Assembly: GCA_016177025.1 (NCBI GenBank) | Contig: JACOWB010000011.1 | Span: forward strand, 1 to 49,132 | DNA from: Candidatus Aenigmatarchaeota archaeon | GTDB lineage: Archaea > Aenigmatarchaeota > Aenigmatarchaeia > CG10238-14 > SCSR01 | DNA: 49,132 nucleotides | Reading direction: 5' to 3' | Shown here: one piece after another, positions 35,416 through 45,458 of the stretch | How positions within the stretch are numbered: position 1 is the stretch's first letter | Layout of the letters: each line of letters opens with the position of its first letter | The notes under the pieces: model-generated | Database searches by the model: none | What the model saw: the letters and a program-made list of their open reading frames with translations, nothing else | What the model was told of the DNA's origin: nothing | Translations under genes and position numbers: made by a program

Positions 35416-36567
35416 ATGGCTAAGGCTATCTCACCAATGGTAGCGGTTGTTCTTTTAACTGCATTTACCATTGGCGTAGGCGGTCTAGTAATGATATTCC
35501 TCACAGGCACAACCCAAACTTCTACAGGTATAGTAAAAAATGCATCGGAAAGCTTGGCTCTCTGCTCTGCGGCTATCATTAATGTACCTAAAGATTCTGT
35601 CTATTGCGTTAGCGGGTATAACTTAAGTCTGGTTATGCGACTTGATGAAAGTTCAGGTACCACAGCAGCCGATTCTTCTGGATACGGAAATAATGGCGTG
35701 CTGACTAATTTCAATTTCAACTCAATTTCAGGCTGGACAGCAGGGAGATACGGCAATGGTTTGATGTTCGATGGCGTGAACGATTTTGTAAATATAACTC
35801 ACAGTAGTAGCTTAGACATCACTGGAGGCCTCACCATAGAAGGATGGTTTAATTTCAAGAGCAGAAGCACAGTAACTGACACAATGCTTATTGATAAAGG
35901 AACTACATCACCCAACATCGGATATTTCTTAGACTTTGATAATGGCGAAGGGTTTGAATTTGTGATATCAGGAAACGGTACTACGGAAGGTCGGGCAAAA
36001 GCCTTCAGTCAATTGAAATCCGAAAACAACAGATGGTATCATGTGGTCGCAGTTTTCATACCTAGTCAGAGAATGGAGATGTGGGTGGATGGCGTGCTTG
36101 AAGGGGTTAATGAGTCGTCCTTCGCACCTGCGCCAGACGGTATTTTCTCCAATTCAGCAAATGTATTGATAGGGAGAGATAGTGGTGGTGCTCTACTTTT
36201 CAACGGCACTATGGACGAAATCAGAATATACAACCGTGCACTATCGGCTTCTGAGATTAAGCAGCACTATGAAAGCGGCATCACAGAACTATTCGGCAAC
36301 AAAAGCGTAGTCAAGTTCCAGCTCCAGAACAACGGCCAGTACAGTCTCGGCAGAAACTTCAACTTTGCACTGGCGACAGCTTCTGCTTCAAATACAACAA
36401 ACATAACTTTAGGCAGTGACTTGAATGCTGGTGGTACCCAGCTCGTTAAATTAGTTAACTTGACTATGACACCATTAAGTGTTAGCACAGTGAAGAATCT
36501 GTTCGTTACAAGTGTTGTTTGTCCAAATGTACAACTTAATATCAAAGATTTGAATACGGACTGTTGA
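35416..36567 (+). CDS. Archaeal type-IV-pilin-like protein with inserted LamG domain
   Basis: Class III signal MAK/AISPMVAVVLLTAFTIGVGGLV; LDESSGTTAADSSG, FDGVND, WYHVVAV, FNGTMDEIRIYNRALS. Confidence 0.88.
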   Translation: MAKAISPMVAVVLLTAFTIGVGGLVMIFLTGTTQTSTGIVKNASESLALCSAAIINVPKDSVYCVSGYNLSLVMRLDESSGTTAADSSGYGNNGVLTNFNFNSISGWTAGRYGNGLMFDGVNDFVNITHSSSLDITGGLTIEGWFNFKSRSTVTDTMLIDKGTTSPNIGYFLDFDNGEGFEFVISGNGTTEGRAKAFSQLKSENNRWYHVVAVFIPSQRMEMWVDGVLEGVNESSFAPAPDGIFSNSANVLIGRDSGGALLFNGTMDEIRIYNRALSASEIKQHYESGITELFGNKSVVKFQLQNNGQYSLGRNFNFALATASASNTTNITLGSDLNAGGTQLVKLVNLTMTPLSVSTVKNLFVTSVVCPNVQLNIKDLNTDC

Positions 36568-36612
36568 GACAATTTTTATTTAAATTTAAAAGCATGATAA
36601 CAAAAGGATAGT

Positions 36613-37572
36613 ATGGAATTTCAGATTTGGGCAGAGCGCTATCGCCCTGTGAAATTGTCCGACATTATCAACCAGAAGCATGCCATTGAAAGAATCAAGG
36701 CTTTCGTGAAAGACAAGAACATTCCCCACATGCTTTTTGCTGGCCATGCTGGCACCGGTAAAACAACAACTGCGCTTGCTATAGCCAAGGAATTATACGG
36801 GGACACTTGGAGGCAGAATGTTCTGGAGTTGAACGCTTCGGATGAAAGGGGAATCGATGTCATTCGCGGTAAGGTCAAGGATTTCGCACGAATGAAACCT
36901 TTTGGGAAAGTGTCATGGAAAATAGTAATTCTGGATGAGGCTGACGCATTGACACAGGAAGCCCAGCAAGCTTTGAGAAGAACTATGGAAAACTATACGA
37001 ATGTCACAAGGTTCATTTTGTTATGCAATTATTCCTCTAAAATCATCGAGCCTATACAATCTCGTTGTGCTGTTTTCAGATTCAAAGTGTTGGTCGATGC
37101 GGACATTAAGAAATACATCGAAAGGATTTCCGAAGGAGAGAAATTGGATATGGACGAGAAAGCTACGAATGCAATAATTTATCTTTCCGAGGGCGACCTG
37201 AGGAAAGCATCAAACCTAATGCAAGCATCTGCAGCTATGAAGGAAAAAATAACTGAGGATGTTGTTTATGATATTGCTAGCAAAGCCAAGCCTACTGACG
37301 TGAAAGACATGTTGGATATGGCACTTAAAGGAAAGTTCATGGACGCCAGAAAAAAATTGCAGGAATTATTGTTAAGGCAGGGGTTGTCAGGTAGTGATAT
37401 AGTCTCTGAGATTCATCGCCAGATATATTCTTTGGATGGGATGCCAGAAGATAAGAAAGTCCAACTTATAGAAAAGTGCGGCGAATTTGAGTTTCGCATG
37501 AGCGAAGGCGGGAATGAGTTGATACAACTTGAAGCATTATTAGCAAGTTTTCTAACCAGTTCAAAGAAATGA
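36613..37572 (+). CDS. rfcS: Replication factor C small subunit
   Basis: WAERYRP, GHAGTGKT, ELNASDERG, LDEADALT, IQSRC. Confidence 0.97.
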   Translation: MEFQIWAERYRPVKLSDIINQKHAIERIKAFVKDKNIPHMLFAGHAGTGKTTTALAIAKELYGDTWRQNVLELNASDERGIDVIRGKVKDFARMKPFGKVSWKIVILDEADALTQEAQQALRRTMENYTNVTRFILLCNYSSKIIEPIQSRCAVFRFKVLVDADIKKYIERISEGEKLDMDEKATNAIIYLSEGDLRKASNLMQASAAMKEKITEDVVYDIASKAKPTDVKDMLDMALKGKFMDARKKLQELLLRQGLSGSDIVSEIHRQIYSLDGMPEDKKVQLIEKCGEFEFRMSEGGNELIQLEALLASFLTSSKK

Positions 37573-37576
37573 TTTC

Positions 37577-38704
37577 ATGTGGGTAAACAAATACAAACCC
37601 AAAAACCTCAATGAGTATGTTGGACAGGAAAAATCTGTTGAAACTTTTCTAAAATGGATAAAAAACTGGAAGCAGGGCAAGTCGCTTTTGTTCCATGGAC
37701 CACCCGGAACTGGTAAAACTTCATTGATAGAAACTTTTGCAAAAGAAAACAACTATGAATTTATTGAAATGAACGCTTCCGATTTTCGCAATAAAAAACA
37801 AATTGAAGAAGTTCTTGGGCAATCGATGAAACAAGCATCTTTGTTTGGAAGAAAAAAAATATTTTTGATCGACGAAATAGACGGTCTAGCAGGACGACAA
37901 GACATGGGTGGCACGGGAGCTGTTATAAAAATAATTAAAGAATCTAGGTTTCCTGTTATTCTCACTTGCAACAATCCTTACGATCAGAAGTTGCGAGCAT
38001 TAAAAGAATGTTGCCAACTAGTGGAATTCAAAAAATTCTCAGTGTTCGATATTGAAAAAAGATTGAAACAGATAGCTGAGAAGGAAGACATCAAGATTGA
38101 CAAAGGAATTCTTCGCCAATTCGCAAAAAGAGGCGAAGGTGACCTGAGGGCATCTATCATTGACCTGCAAAGTTTATCGCATGGCAAAAAAGAAATTGCA
38201 CAGAACGATTTGGATATTTTAGGTTACCGCGAGAAGGAACAGTCGATATTTGATGCATTGATGATGATTTTCAAAACCAAATCAGCGTTAGCTGCAAAGC
38301 TTGCAATCAACAATGTCGACAAGGATCCAGAAGAAATTTTCTGGTGGATAGAAAATAATATCGCGAATGAATATGAACACCCAGAAGAAATAGCTAAGGC
38401 TTATGATGCTCTCAGTAAAGCCGATTTGTTTAGACAGAGGATTAAATCTCGGCAAAACTGGAAATTTCTGGCGTATATGATTGACCTGATGACAGCAGGC
38501 GTTTCCACAGCTAAAAATGAAATGTACAGGAAATTCACAAGATATCAGTATCCAAGCAACATGATTGTTCTAGGCGGAAGCAAGTTCGAAAGGAAGGAAG
38601 AAAAGGAAAAGCTATTAGAACTATCACAGCAGTTGCATTGCTCTACAAGGAAAGTCAGGAAAGAGTTTCTGCCATTTTTGAATTTATTCAGATACACGAA
38701 TTAA
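37577..38704 (+). CDS. rfcL: Replication factor C large subunit
   Basis: WVNKYKP, GPPGTGKT, EMNASD, IDEIDG, LSKADLF, WKFLAY. Confidence 0.94.
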   Translation: MWVNKYKPKNLNEYVGQEKSVETFLKWIKNWKQGKSLLFHGPPGTGKTSLIETFAKENNYEFIEMNASDFRNKKQIEEVLGQSMKQASLFGRKKIFLIDEIDGLAGRQDMGGTGAVIKIIKESRFPVILTCNNPYDQKLRALKECCQLVEFKKFSVFDIEKRLKQIAEKEDIKIDKGILRQFAKRGEGDLRASIIDLQSLSHGKKEIAQNDLDILGYREKEQSIFDALMMIFKTKSALAAKLAINNVDKDPEEIFWWIENNIANEYEHPEEIAKAYDALSKADLFRQRIKSRQNWKFLAYMIDLMTAGVSTAKNEMYRKFTRYQYPSNMIVLGGSKFERKEEKEKLLELSQQLHCSTRKVRKEFLPFLNLFRYTN

Positions 38705-40030
38705 TTATTTACAGATAGGAGCACTTGGAAGTTTTTCACAAATCTCAGTTTTTATTTTCATCTTTAGTTCTTCCGTCTGTCTTTCCGACTCTCGTTGCCT
38801 TTCTGCACCTATTTCTTCTCTTTCTTTCCAGAATCCCTTTATGTCTCCAATGCCTTCTTCTATCCCCTTTCTTAAACTTTCCTGAACCTGATCTGCCTTT
38901 TCCTCTGCAATAGGCACGTATATTTGAGCAGTCTCAACTAGATTAATCATCCTTTTACCAGGTTCTACCCACCCTTCCAGTTTGAATCTACCGTTCTCAT
39001 TAACGAGTCTGAGATTAGCATAGGTATTTTCTTCTGTTTCTTCCGCTACTTTTTCTGCGACTACAAGTGCCAGTGGCTTACCATCTGCCCACGGTAATGG
39101 AGTCAGACCCACGCTTATATTAGACAAAACATAAGCAGTTGCAATTGGGTCTAATGATGCTCTTGCCCTTATTTCCCCAGGATTCGTCTCATATTCTATG
39201 AAATATTGCCATAAAGGCCTTGAACCATTCTCGTCTACTGCGTAAACATTCCGTGTGACATAGTTTAACACTGTCGAAACAAGCAATGGATTGTTCGTTC
39301 CTACTAGTCGTTCGACATCATCTAGAGTTTGTGATGGATTTGAAATGAAGGTAGATAATAATTCGTTCTCTCGTTCCTTTATTTTTTGTATCATCTCGAC
39401 ATCGAGTTTAATATTTTCTGGTGTCGCATTTTCTATAAAGTTTGTGCCATTCCATCTGTATGCTTTCGTTGAAATACCGCCGTCATAATTTGTTTCAACA
39501 ATAATTTTGTTGTCTCCGTCTTCAACTAGACTCATGTCATTTGCATTGCCTAAAAAGACAGGAGCCATTGTATAAGGATCTATCACCACAATCGATTCTC
39601 TGTTGCCATATTGCATAATCAGAGCTATTTCGTCATCCGGATCACCGTCACCGTAATCTTGCGCATCTAAAGAAACTCTGCTGAATCTTCTAGGAATTTC
39701 CGCGCCAAATATTACTCTCGGTCTCTGATCTGCGCCAATATGAACAACTTTGGGACTTTCCAATCCCCCTGTTCTTTTTGCGGTCAGAGAAAGGAATTCA
39801 CCTCTATTGTAAGCTACCGTATCTCTCCATGTCAGTCTGTCATTGGACAATTCAGCTATATAAGGAATCCCTCTTTTATTATGCTCAAACCATTGTTCTC
39901 TTCCAACATGTTGATAACCTCTTTCAGGATAATACGACTTGGGTGAGTATGCTGGTGTAGCTTGTGTACATGCAGAAAATAGAAGTGTCAGTAAAAGAGA
40001 AAAGTTCACTATAGCAGTTCTGATTCCCAC
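38705..40030 (-). CDS. Hypothetical exported lipoprotein (AT-rich ORFan)
   Basis: LLFSAC lipobox-like; DYGDGDPDDEIA resembles a Ca-binding loop; charged C-terminal helix. Confidence 0.7.
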   Translation of the reverse strand: MGIRTAIVNFSLLLTLLFSACTQATPAYSPKSYYPERGYQHVGREQWFEHNKRGIPYIAELSNDRLTWRDTVAYNRGEFLSLTAKRTGGLESPKVVHIGADQRPRVIFGAEIPRRFSRVSLDAQDYGDGDPDDEIALIMQYGNRESIVVIDPYTMAPVFLGNANDMSLVEDGDNKIIVETNYDGGISTKAYRWNGTNFIENATPENIKLDVEMIQKIKERENELLSTFISNPSQTLDDVERLVGTNNPLLVSTVLNYVTRNVYAVDENGSRPLWQYFIEYETNPGEIRARASLDPIATAYVLSNISVGLTPLPWADGKPLALVVAEKVAEETEENTYANLRLVNENGRFKLEGWVEPGKRMINLVETAQIYVPIAEEKADQVQESLRKGIEEGIGDIKGFWKEREEIGAERQRESERQTEELKMKIKTEICEKLPSAPICK

Positions 40031-40080
40031 AAATCCTCTATTCTAACTAAAGCTTAAATAAGTTTTTAGACAATCAACAT

Positions 40081-41385
40081 TTGGTAGTAGTGGGAAAGGG
40101 AAAAAGAATTGCACTTGGAACCACACTCGCGGGTTTGGTCGGTCTGGGAGGCTTGTTATATTATGATTCTTCACCTTCCCCAACAGAATATCTCCAGGTC
40201 GAACGCCCGTCACATCAAGTGATTGTCGATAAGCTTAATCCGATGGTTTTAACACCACCCAAGGATTGTCCACAATACCTAATTGTCAGGGATATATCGC
40301 CAGTGCCATCTAGTGGCTATGAAGGTTGGGATGTACTTAATGTCGAAACAGATCTTCATAATGATTCTAGCTGTCTCGGAGACAAAGCTCCGGAATGGGA
40401 AGGTGATTTGGTGCTGGGCCTGTTTGGTAGGTGGGAAGAAAGGGGCCGATCTTCCCAGTATATTTTCGGCAAAGCTCAAATCGTTGTTAGGTGGGAAGGG
40501 GCGGGAAAAGATAACTTAGACATAACTTCTAAAGAAAAGAGTGTGGTGGTGCCAGATTCTAATTCTTGGATAATAATGGTGCCAAAAGCAGCTCAGGATA
40601 GAAGGATTGATGTGGACTTTAGAGGTGGTATCACCACCAATATGAGAGATGTCCGTGATGCCCCTTATGTCCCAGGATTCTCAAAAGACACAAAATTACC
40701 GACTAGTTCGGCTCACACTATAGAAGGGCGTCCTCAATTGGATGAAAAAAAAGCCAGAGATTTCGTTGAGCAATGGCTGCAAGACAACAAATCACGAATA
40801 GTAAGAAATACAGGTCAACCTTTGCAAGAAGCACCTCAAGAAGCTTACGAAGAATGGTTTAGGCAAAAAATCGGAGAATTCATGATAGATAATAATTTGG
40901 ATAAATACAGAGATACTGCCATAACCAGGCTTGATATGGAACCTACTGGGAAAGGACTAAAAATTAGTTTGGAATTGAGCAACCCCACTTTCACAGAGAA
41001 TATCGAATTATATTCCGCAGGATTTACTGTCACAGATGTTTTGGATTCAAGAGGTAAGTTGCTTAAACATTACGACGAACCTATTAGATTTCCTTTAACC
41101 GCCCAAAATAAATCATTGGCTCCCAAATACTCCGCTGAAGGGAAAATAACTATCCGGCACCACCATAGTTTTCCCAAAGATGCCACATATCTAGTAGGTT
41201 CTCTTACACTCGGTCGTTACGGTTCTGAAAGTGGAAGAGTCAATCCACCACCACGATTGTATCACGATCCTGTTGTTGTCGATATTGCAACTATCGGCGA
41301 ACCTGAATTTAGAGGCAGGCTTGGAATCAGAGGATGGGTTTTGGATCGATTCGATTCTATACGGGAAAGTCTTGCTAATCAATAG
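40081..41385 (+). CDS. Hypothetical membrane-anchored protein (AT-rich ORFan)
   Basis: KGKR followed by TM ALGTTLAGLVGLGGLLYY; 434-aa open frame. Confidence 0.7.
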   Translation: MVVVGKGKRIALGTTLAGLVGLGGLLYYDSSPSPTEYLQVERPSHQVIVDKLNPMVLTPPKDCPQYLIVRDISPVPSSGYEGWDVLNVETDLHNDSSCLGDKAPEWEGDLVLGLFGRWEERGRSSQYIFGKAQIVVRWEGAGKDNLDITSKEKSVVVPDSNSWIIMVPKAAQDRRIDVDFRGGITTNMRDVRDAPYVPGFSKDTKLPTSSAHTIEGRPQLDEKKARDFVEQWLQDNKSRIVRNTGQPLQEAPQEAYEEWFRQKIGEFMIDNNLDKYRDTAITRLDMEPTGKGLKISLELSNPTFTENIELYSAGFTVTDVLDSRGKLLKHYDEPIRFPLTAQNKSLAPKYSAEGKITIRHHHSFPKDATYLVGSLTLGRYGSESGRVNPPPRLYHDPVVVDIATIGEPEFRGRLGIRGWVLDRFDSIRESLANQ

Positions 41386-42143
41386 CCAATGAAAAAAAAT
41401 TCCATAGCATTTCTATCAGTAATATCACTCACGTAATTCGCACCAACCTTTTTAATCTCCGCAATCTTTTGACAAGGAATTTTCACATTTGTCGGCAGCC
41501 CTCTTTCTCCATTCTGTCCGAACCAGGGGGAGTCAGTCTCAATCATCAAATTTTCCAGTGGCAAATCCCTCACCATTTTCTTGTGATTTTTGCTCCTTGC
41601 AATTATAGGTCCTATCGTGACACGATATTCATTTTCAACTATACTTTTCAAATGTTCTTTTTCCTTGCTTCCCCACAAATGCAACAAAGTTTTTTTCACA
41701 TCTCCCTGCTCCAGAATTTTCAAACAGTCATCCCACGCATCTCTGGTATGAACGACCAGCGGCAGTTTCAGCTCTTTCGACAGTTCGATGTGTTGTATAA
41801 AAAGTTCTTTCTGTTTCTCTCTCCAGCCGTCTTCTTTTACCCAGAAATAATCAAGACCACATTCACCCACAGCAACTAAATTTTTCCTGTTTCCTCTCAA
41901 TCTGTCAAAGTAATCGTCTATTTGTTTCGTTGTGATTTCCTTTATGAATTCAGGATGTATGGAAGCGCAAAGAAAAACATAATTCTTGTACTTTTCTACA
42001 ATCTCTAATGACCTGTCAAAGTCCTTAGGATGAGCACAGACGCTGATAATAGCTTTCAAGCCTTCCTTTTTACAGATAGATATTACATTATCCAAGTCCG
42101 AATATAGACTGTCCTGTTCCAAGTGGCAATGTGCATCTATCAT
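41379..42143 (-). CDS. tatD: TatD-family hydrolase
   Basis: MIDAHCHL, IHP, AVGECGLDY, VVHTRDA, LLH, MIETDSPW. Confidence 0.94.
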   Translation of the reverse strand: MIDAHCHLEQDSLYSDLDNVISICKKEGLKAIISVCAHPKDFDRSLEIVEKYKNYVFLCASIHPEFIKEITTKQIDDYFDRLRGNRKNLVAVGECGLDYFWVKEDGWREKQKELFIQHIELSKELKLPLVVHTRDAWDDCLKILEQGDVKKTLLHLWGSKEKEHLKSIVENEYRVTIGPIIARSKNHKKMVRDLPLENLMIETDSPWFGQNGERGLPTNVKIPCQKIAEIKKVGANYVSDITDRNAMEFFFIGY

Positions 42144-42179
42144 AGAGAATTAATTCTGTATAAAAACAAATAAAGTATA

Positions 42180-44813
42180 ATGACCAACTGGCACACCTTC
42201 GATTCTACCGCAGTATTGGAGGAACTTCGTACTACAGAAAACGGCATATCCGAAGCAGAAGCCCGAAGAAGGTTGCAAGCTACAGGCTACAATGAATTGA
42301 AAGAAAAGAAAAGAGTCACTCTATTAACCTTGTTCCTAGGCCAGTTTAAGAGCTTCTTGGTTCTCATTCTGGTTATAGCTGCTGGAATTTCCTATTTGAT
42401 TGAAAACATCATAGATGCCGTCCTGATAGCTGTAATAATAATCATCAATGCACTGTTCGGATTCATCCAGGAGTTCAAGGCCGAGAAAACTCTGGAGAGC
42501 CTGAAGAAGCTGTCAACATCGAGAGCGAAGGTCATCCGTGACGGCGAAGAGAGGTTGATAGATTCGCGTGAGATAGTTCCCGGTGACATTCTTGTTATCA
42601 ACGAGGGAGACAAAATCCCGGCAGATGCCCGCATAATCGAAGTTGCCAATCTCAAAGTCGATGAAGCATCCTTGACAGGCGAATCAATCCCGGTATCAAA
42701 ATTCGACAAAGTTTTAAAAGAAGTTCCCTTGCCAGAAAGAAAGAACATGCTCTACCTGGGGACGATCGCAACATACGGAAGAGCCAAGGCAGTTGTCGTC
42801 AGTACAGGCATGTCAACAGAAATAGGCAAGATAGCGACATTAATCCAAACATCAGAACAAGAAACTCCGTTGCAAGCGAAGATAAATTCTTTCGGCAAAT
42901 GGCTGGGGGTGATAGCTGTAATAATTGCAGGTGTTGCTGCATTGATAGGCATTTTGAAAAGTTACGCTCTTACAGACATGTTCCTCACATCAGCGGCTTT
43001 AGCCGTGTCAGCCGTGCCTGAGGGACTGCCAGCGTTATTGACCATCACCCTGGCTATCGGCGTCCAAAGAATGGGCAGGAATAAGGCCATCGTAAGAAAA
43101 CTCTCCGCAGTAGAAACTCTCGGCTCCACCACTATCATACTGGCAGACAAAACCGGAACCATGACAACCAATGAGATGACTGTGCAGAAAGTCCATATTA
43201 ACAACCAAGAAATTGATGTAAGCGGTGTTGGATTCGAACCGAAAGGAGAATTTTCTATAAAAGGAAAACCTATTGACCCTATCAAGGACAAGGAACTGGT
43301 AAATGCATTGACAATATCTGCTCTCTGCAACGATGCCGTCCTCACAAAGAATGAAAAATGGAACATCATAGGCGACCCAACAGAAGGTGCGCTGCTTGTA
43401 GTTGCCAAAAAAGCCGGTATAGATGCAAAGGAATTGGGCAAGAAATATCCTCGAGTCAATGAAATCCCTTTTTCTTCTGAAAGAAAAATGATGTCGACTG
43501 TCCATAAAATGGGAAAAGGTTATTTCGTATATTCAAAAGGTGCGCCTGAAGTTATTCTATCAAAATGCACTGCTGTATTAAGAAGTTCACATGTAGCTAG
43601 ATTAAGCGAAGTTCAAAGAAGTGGCATACTCACAAGCGTGAAAGAGCTTGCCGACAAAGGTCTTCGCGTGCTGGCCGTCGCTTACAAAGAAACTGCAGAG
43701 CATCATCATGAAAATCTCGAGAAGGATATGATATTCGTCGGGTTACTTGGAATGATCGATCCTCCAAGACCAGAAGTTAAGACTGCGATTAAAACTTGTC
43801 ATGATGCAGGAATTAAAGTAATCATGATAACCGGCGATCACAAGGATACAGCTGTTGCAGTCGCCAGACATATTGGTTTGCTCAAAGACGGAAAAGTTCT
43901 AACAGGAGAGGAACTAGAAAAAATCCCTGGTGACAAATTAGGAAAAGTAATCGAGGAGGTGGAAGTATATGCGAGAGTTTCACCTGCGCACAAATCACGA
44001 ATTGTTAAAGTGCTCAGGGAGAAAGGTCATGTAGTTGCTGTCACTGGCGATGGTGTGAATGACGCACCTGCACTGAAGGATGCGCACATCGGTGTGGCGA
44101 TGGGAATCAAAGGCACAGATGTGGCCAAAGAAGCGAGTGAGATAGTTCTAGCCGATGACAACTTTTCAACAATAGTGAAAGCTGTCGAAGAAGGCAGGGG
44201 AATTTACGACAACATAAGAAAGTTCATCCGGTATATTCTCTCAGCCAACTTCGATGAAATTTTTGTTATAGCAGTTGCGATTTTGCTTGGATTGCCATTG
44301 CCGTTCTTACCTATCCAAATTTTGTGGATCAATCTTCTGACAGACAGTCTGCCGGCACTTGCATTGGGATTCGACACAAAGAGCAAGGACATAATGAAAA
44401 GAAGCCCGAGAAATCCGAAGGAAAGCGTTCTGCACAAAATGTTGCCTTTCGTCATATCTGCGGGCGTGTTAGCTGCAATAGTGAGTTTAGGTTTGTTTAT
44501 TTTTGAACTGAAAACCAGCGGTTCGATAGATAGAGCAAGAACAATCGTTTTCACAACGGCGATAATATTCGAATTGCTTTTTGTTTTCAACTGCAGGTCA
44601 GAAAAAAATCCGATATGGAAAATAAATCCACTTTCAAACAAATTATTGGTTCTAGCTGTTTTACTGGGCATATTGCTGCAGGTAGCGATAGTCCATTTGC
44701 CGTTCTTCAACGCATTGTTCAAAACAGTTCCTCTTGGATTATACGACTGGCTACTAATAGGATTGCTTTCATCCACAGGCCTGTTCTTAGTCCCGAAGAT
44801 ATTCATACGCTGA
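42180..44813 (+). CDS. Cation-transporting P-type ATPase (type IIA, Ca2+-ATPase-like)
   Basis: TGES, VPEGL, DKTGT, KGAPE, MITGD, GDGVNDAPAL, WINLLTD. Confidence 0.96.
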   Translation: MTNWHTFDSTAVLEELRTTENGISEAEARRRLQATGYNELKEKKRVTLLTLFLGQFKSFLVLILVIAAGISYLIENIIDAVLIAVIIIINALFGFIQEFKAEKTLESLKKLSTSRAKVIRDGEERLIDSREIVPGDILVINEGDKIPADARIIEVANLKVDEASLTGESIPVSKFDKVLKEVPLPERKNMLYLGTIATYGRAKAVVVSTGMSTEIGKIATLIQTSEQETPLQAKINSFGKWLGVIAVIIAGVAALIGILKSYALTDMFLTSAALAVSAVPEGLPALLTITLAIGVQRMGRNKAIVRKLSAVETLGSTTIILADKTGTMTTNEMTVQKVHINNQEIDVSGVGFEPKGEFSIKGKPIDPIKDKELVNALTISALCNDAVLTKNEKWNIIGDPTEGALLVVAKKAGIDAKELGKKYPRVNEIPFSSERKMMSTVHKMGKGYFVYSKGAPEVILSKCTAVLRSSHVARLSEVQRSGILTSVKELADKGLRVLAVAYKETAEHHHENLEKDMIFVGLLGMIDPPRPEVKTAIKTCHDAGIKVIMITGDHKDTAVAVARHIGLLKDGKVLTGEELEKIPGDKLGKVIEEVEVYARVSPAHKSRIVKVLREKGHVVAVTGDGVNDAPALKDAHIGVAMGIKGTDVAKEASEIVLADDNFSTIVKAVEEGRGIYDNIRKFIRYILSANFDEIFVIAVAILLGLPLPFLPIQILWINLLTDSLPALALGFDTKSKDIMKRSPRNPKESVLHKMLPFVISAGVLAAIVSLGLFIFELKTSGSIDRARTIVFTTAIIFELLFVFNCRSEKNPIWKINPLSNKLLVLAVLLGILLQVAIVHLPFFNALFKTVPLGLYDWLLIGLLSSTGLFLVPKIFIR

Positions 44814-44906
44814 ACGGAGAGCCAAAGAAATAAGTGAGACTGAACAGAAATTACGGGCGTATTTCGTGTAATTTAATTAAAGGAAAATAATTTAATATAA
44901 GGGAAA

Positions 44907-45458
44907 ATGCCAAGGAAAAGTAAACTCAAACAAATGCAACCCTTAGAACCTGAAGGTGTGAGAGTCGAGGACAATGTTCTGAAAACACCCAAAGGCCTCT
45001 ACAGAATCAAGACACAGCTGTTAAGGGGAAACAAGCTCATCGCCACTTTGCAACCGCTTCACTTTAAATTTGAAGCGAGGGACTTGGCCCAGATATTCAT
45101 AGGCTCAATAGTTCTGGCATCGCCATTCATGGTAACAGCAGAGGTTTGGGAACTTGGTGCGCAGATGTCGACGATGTCCTCTGTTTTGTACCTGATGCTA
45201 AGTTTGTTCGCGCTTACAATATTATTGTATTTCTGGCGGTACGAGAAAGTGACGTTTGAGGGCCATGTTGTGAAAAGGGAACTCATGAAGCGCCTAGTCG
45301 TGACATATCTGATAGCGTTTGCCACAGTGGCGGTCCTGTTGACATTATTAGATAAAGCGCCATGGGGTACCGATGCACAGATAGCTGTGAAGAGAGTGAT
45401 ACTGGTGTCCCTGCCGGCATGCTTGGGCGGCGCAGCGATAGACTTTATATTCAAATGA
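44907..45458 (+). CDS. DUF2391-like membrane protein
   Basis: RDLAQIFIGSIVLASPFMVTAEVW, RLVVTY, PACLGGAAID. Confidence 0.75.
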   Translation: MPRKSKLKQMQPLEPEGVRVEDNVLKTPKGLYRIKTQLLRGNKLIATLQPLHFKFEARDLAQIFIGSIVLASPFMVTAEVWELGAQMSTMSSVLYLMLSLFALTILLYFWRYEKVTFEGHVVKRELMKRLVVTYLIAFATVAVLLTLLDKAPWGTDAQIAVKRVILVSLPACLGGAAIDFIFK

